Shown here in pieces: positions 61,055 through 64,000 of a stretch of 64,000 bases of DNA; within the stretch, counting starts at the first letter, position 1; the number at the start of each line of letters is the position of its first letter. The stretch is taken from assembly GCA_035546575.1 (NCBI GenBank), contig DASZWN010000002.1:187319-251318 (forward strand), given 5' to 3'. The stretch comes from Minisyncoccota bacterium. Lineage in GTDB: Bacteria > Patescibacteriota > Minisyncoccia > Phycocordibacterales > SBAW01. The position numbers were made by a program, and so were the translations under genes. The notes beneath the pieces are model-generated. The model ran no database searches. It was not told the DNA's origin and saw only the letters and a program-made list of their open reading frames with translations.

Positions 61055-61132
61055 ATGCTCCTACGATACTGCTTGGGGCCATGGCGGGCAACCCTTGTTA
61101 TCCCCGCCTAGTGTGGGCTAGTATCAAGGTAT

Positions 61133-61606
61133 ATGGTGCGTATTCCATTTTTTAAACAGAAGAATATCCATTTTTGTGCGCCCGCTATCGTACAGATGAT
61201 CTTTGCCGCACACGGCATTAAGATGTCGCAGACCAAGATCGCAAAAGAGATGAAAACGCCGCTTACAATGCATGAGGGCACCAAGCCTGAGCGTATGGTG
61301 CATATGCTCGCAAAACACGGATTTGGCGTGCAAGCCGGGCAAAGGAAAAAAATTTCTGATATAACGCATGCGCTTAATCAGAATGTAATCGTGGTCGTCT
61401 GCTACACCGATCCGTTTGATCAGTACGGCCACTATGTGATCGTAAAGTCGTGTACAAAAAGCCGAATTGTATTTATTGACCCCGACAGATATATGGGCCG
61501 ATTTTCTTTGCCTGCAAAAAAGTTTGAGAGTCTCTGGAAAGACCCGCTTTTTACTAAAACCGTAGGGTGGGCAGCGTTTGTTACTGCGCCGAAGAAGCTG
61601 CGATAG
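61133..61606 (+). CDS. peptidase C39-like cysteine protease
   Basis: Q....FCAPA, GHYV, IDP catalytic pattern. Confidence 0.85.
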   Translation: MVRIPFFKQKNIHFCAPAIVQMIFAAHGIKMSQTKIAKEMKTPLTMHEGTKPERMVHMLAKHGFGVQAGQRKKISDITHALNQNVIVVVCYTDPFDQYGHYVIVKSCTKSRIVFIDPDRYMGRFSLPAKKFESLWKDPLFTKTVGWAAFVTAPKKLR

Positions 61607-62657
61607 AGTCTATAAACCCGCCGCTGGTTGGCATTGCACCAAAGACCGAGGCCGATTGCGTTGTGTTAAGCGGCACGTTAAACGGTGTCTTGGAGTTGAG
61701 GAACAGGAGCGAAAGCGCGATAACGGCAACTACTGCACCGCCTACAAGCATTTCGGTTGCCTGCACTTGGATATGGATAAAAAACGCAAGCGCTATACCT
61801 ATAACCAATAGTGTGGCGATACCAGCCAGTATCCAAGAGATTGCTGCACTCGGCCGCACTTCATTGCGGGTTAGCTCGCGAGCAAATGAGCTCCACGGAG
61901 TTTCATTTCTCTGCACTGTTGGAGTAACTGCCGTCTCTACAGGAGCCGTTATCTCGGGCTGTTGTGGCTGCCCAATTTCTGTCTCAGCGCCTTGCACTTG
62001 CGAAGAGGCTGGTGGAGCTGTGGCTACATTTTGCGTTGGTGCTGTTGCAACTGCGGCTGCAATACCACGCGGCGTTCCAAAATACTGTACGACAAACGTT
62101 GCAGGCTGGCCTTGGTAGGTCCCTTGTGCCACGCCGACGCCGATCTCTGTATAAACCGGTTTTACAATGTTTGCACGATGCGTGGGCGACGCCATCCATG
62201 CATTAACTACGTCTGTCGAGTCTTCAAAATGTACGGCCAGGTTTTCGCCCGCGTACGAGTAGTTGTATCCGGCGCCCGCGACCCATGCCCATGGCTCCTT
62301 GCCGTCAGGCCCAACATGCGAAAAGTAGCCCTTGGTTGCCATGTCATTTGCTTTTGCCTGCGCAGCAGCATCAAGCAGCGCGTTCTCGCCTAGCGTACTT
62401 ACCGTGTTCTGCGAACGTTCGTCGTTAGTCAGCGCAATGATCTCGCCCGGAAGCACCGACGCAACAAAGTTAAATGCCGATTGTCGCGCGATAAGATCGG
62501 CGATAAATACTCCTTCAGATGTAAGAATTACCGTAAGAAAGAATAAGAGCCACGAGCGGCGCAGCATATGCGGACGGTACACATTGCTCGATGAGGGAAT
62601 AAAGTGATCTCTGAACTTCCTGAAAAAATTCTGCAGAAATTCCGCTATAGAATGCAT
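61581..62657 (-). CDS. membrane-anchored CAP/SCP domain protein
   Basis: AAQAKANDMATKGYFSH, AGENLA, WMASPTHRANI; start re-called at 62657. Confidence 0.9.
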   Translation of the reverse strand: MHSIAEFLQNFFRKFRDHFIPSSSNVYRPHMLRRSWLLFFLTVILTSEGVFIADLIARQSAFNFVASVLPGEIIALTNDERSQNTVSTLGENALLDAAAQAKANDMATKGYFSHVGPDGKEPWAWVAGAGYNYSYAGENLAVHFEDSTDVVNAWMASPTHRANIVKPVYTEIGVGVAQGTYQGQPATFVVQYFGTPRGIAAAVATAPTQNVATAPPASSQVQGAETEIGQPQQPEITAPVETAVTPTVQRNETPWSSFARELTRNEVRPSAAISWILAGIATLLVIGIALAFFIHIQVQATEMLVGGAVVAVIALSLLFLNSKTPFNVPLNTTQSASVFGAMPTSGGFIDSIAASSAQ

Positions 62658-62671
62658 AGTATAATAGTAGC

Positions 62672-63451
62672 ATGCGATATATCGTCGCCCTGGCATTATT
62701 GTTAATACTCCTCCCCTCCTGCGCCTTTGCCGCAGGCTTTGCAAAACAATCGCTTTTTTTGTCTAAGACTCCCGTAACCGAGGGCGAGACAGTATTGATA
62801 CACGCCGTGGTAGCCAACGATACGACTACAAAGTTTGTCGGCGAGGTTGTCTTTAAAGATGCTGATATAAAAGTCGGGAGTATAGCAACAACGATTGCCG
62901 CAGGCGGTGCAAATGCGGTTTCTGTTTCGTGGAAGCCTGCTGCCGGCTCGCACACCATAACCGCAGAGCTTACTTCCGACGGCGATATGATAGTGGCGCA
63001 GGAATCTGCAATATTCTCAATTGAGGAAAAACCAAAACCTGTTTCTACAAGCACGCAGGCAGCCGCTGCAGTCGAATCATCGCAAAAAATCCAGGACACT
63101 ATTAATCAGTATGTTCCTGCAGCCGGAGGCATCACTGAGCCTGTTTTCTCTGCACTAGACTCGGTAAGGGCAAAAGCCGCCGATGCGCTCGACAAAGGGA
63201 TCGACTGGGCAAAGAGCAACTCGAGCAGCAAAAAATCATCAGGGCAGGTCTTAGGCACTTCAACCTCTACGGTACCGGTTGGAGCTTTGGGTACTGCGTA
63301 TAGCGTACTGGCTTCTATACTGTTTTATATACTCTCCTTCCTGCGCTGGGGCGTTGAGAACCCGGGTATTTTCTACCCCGCCTTTGTACTAATCTTCTTC
63401 TATATTTTATGGAAGACGTATAAACGCTTCCGCAGACCTAGTTACGAGTAG
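62672..63451 (+). CDS. secreted/membrane protein with an Ig-like (CARDB-like) domain
   Basis: Signal peptide, beta-rich domain, C-terminal TMs. Confidence 0.7.
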   Translation: MRYIVALALLLILLPSCAFAAGFAKQSLFLSKTPVTEGETVLIHAVVANDTTTKFVGEVVFKDADIKVGSIATTIAAGGANAVSVSWKPAAGSHTITAELTSDGDMIVAQESAIFSIEEKPKPVSTSTQAAAAVESSQKIQDTINQYVPAAGGITEPVFSALDSVRAKAADALDKGIDWAKSNSSSKKSSGQVLGTSTSTVPVGALGTAYSVLASILFYILSFLRWGVENPGIFYPAFVLIFFYILWKTYKRFRRPSYE

Positions 63452-63863
63452 TACGCCAATGCCAGATCGCTAGGCCAAAAAGTATAAGCGTGGTGAGCGC
63501 GGAGATGGCGCAATACATGCAGTACGCGCCGATAAGTACACCCTGGATATAGAACTCAAAGTATGCCGAGAATGCTACGCCTATCGCGGTATATGCCAAC
63601 AGGCCAACTCTAAGCGCTTTAGAGCGCGGCTCTATTGCAAGCAGGACAGCAAGCGCTAGCATGTATATATAGAAAACAAGCCCAATATACGCGAGCGGCA
63701 CATTATAAAACTTGGAGTACACACTCGTGAGTACCTGCTCGCAGCCGCCGATAGCGCAGCCCGGCACGGCGTTAGTGTATGCAAAATACGAAAGGTACAT
63801 GGTGTCGGCGAGTCCAACAAATGTTGCTGATATAAGATAAAACGGCGTGAGTAGCGGCTTCAT
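63438..63863 (-). CDS. vitamin K epoxide reductase (VKOR) family protein
   Basis: C....GC..VLTS.YS, CMYC redox motif. Confidence 0.92.
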   Translation of the reverse strand: MKPLLTPFYLISATFVGLADTMYLSYFAYTNAVPGCAIGGCEQVLTSVYSKFYNVPLAYIGLVFYIYMLALAVLLAIEPRSKALRVGLLAYTAIGVAFSAYFEFYIQGVLIGAYCMYCAISALTTLILFGLAIWHWRTTRN

Positions 63864-63865
63864 GA

Positions 63866-64000
63866 CTACTTAAATGTAACAGTCTTCAGAAGATTTTGGA
63901 AATCACTGCGTATCGGCGCATTGGCGTCGCTCCACGATCCAAAAAAGAGATACACCCGGCCAGCATGCGCTACTGCAACGGCATCGTTCTCATACAAACC
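63866..64000 (-). CDS. 3' end of a gene entering from the window end
   Basis: Open frame ...GLYENDAVAVAHAGRVYLFFGSW...DFQNLLKTVTFK* stopping 2 nt before the VKOR start. Confidence 0.6.
   Translation of the reverse strand, partial: GLYENDAVAVAHAGRVYLFFGSWSDANAPIRSDFQNLLKTVTFK

Overview
Bacterial genomic DNA using genetic code 11. The gene content suggests a Patescibacteria/CPR (Parcubacteria-like) genome; this placement is inferred and was not checked by search. Core genes include an M13 peptidase, ung, mnmA, mltG, leuS, ychF, an RND efflux pair, a full F1Fo ATP synthase operon, guaC, ddl, uvrABC, tgt, an FKBP, a VKOR and three tRNAs. Two accessory loci stand out: a cyoABCDE bo3 quinol oxidase operon and a SipW plus three TasA-like fibre operon. 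The most striking signal is a family of ~75-nt palindromic elements inserted in frame in atpG, uvrA and tgt. They share a 27-nt core (TCCCTGCAGG-N7-GGGGATGGTC, encoding LPAGxxGDGR) flanked by arms that differ between copies yet are each self-complementary. Other hairpin elements sit inside uvrC and uvrB and next to tRNAs. Also notable are an unannotated 29-aa membrane ORF inside the atp operon, a terminator/antiterminator leader before the TasA-like operon, a candidate structured RNA between uvrA and uvrB, a tRNA-Pro with a 13-bp extended acceptor stem and duplicated 3' end, a partial NGQHR (DGQHR-like) gene missed by the ORF track, and apparently leaderless core genes versus SD-led orphan genes. 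Family calls come from motif recognition by eye; no database search was run.
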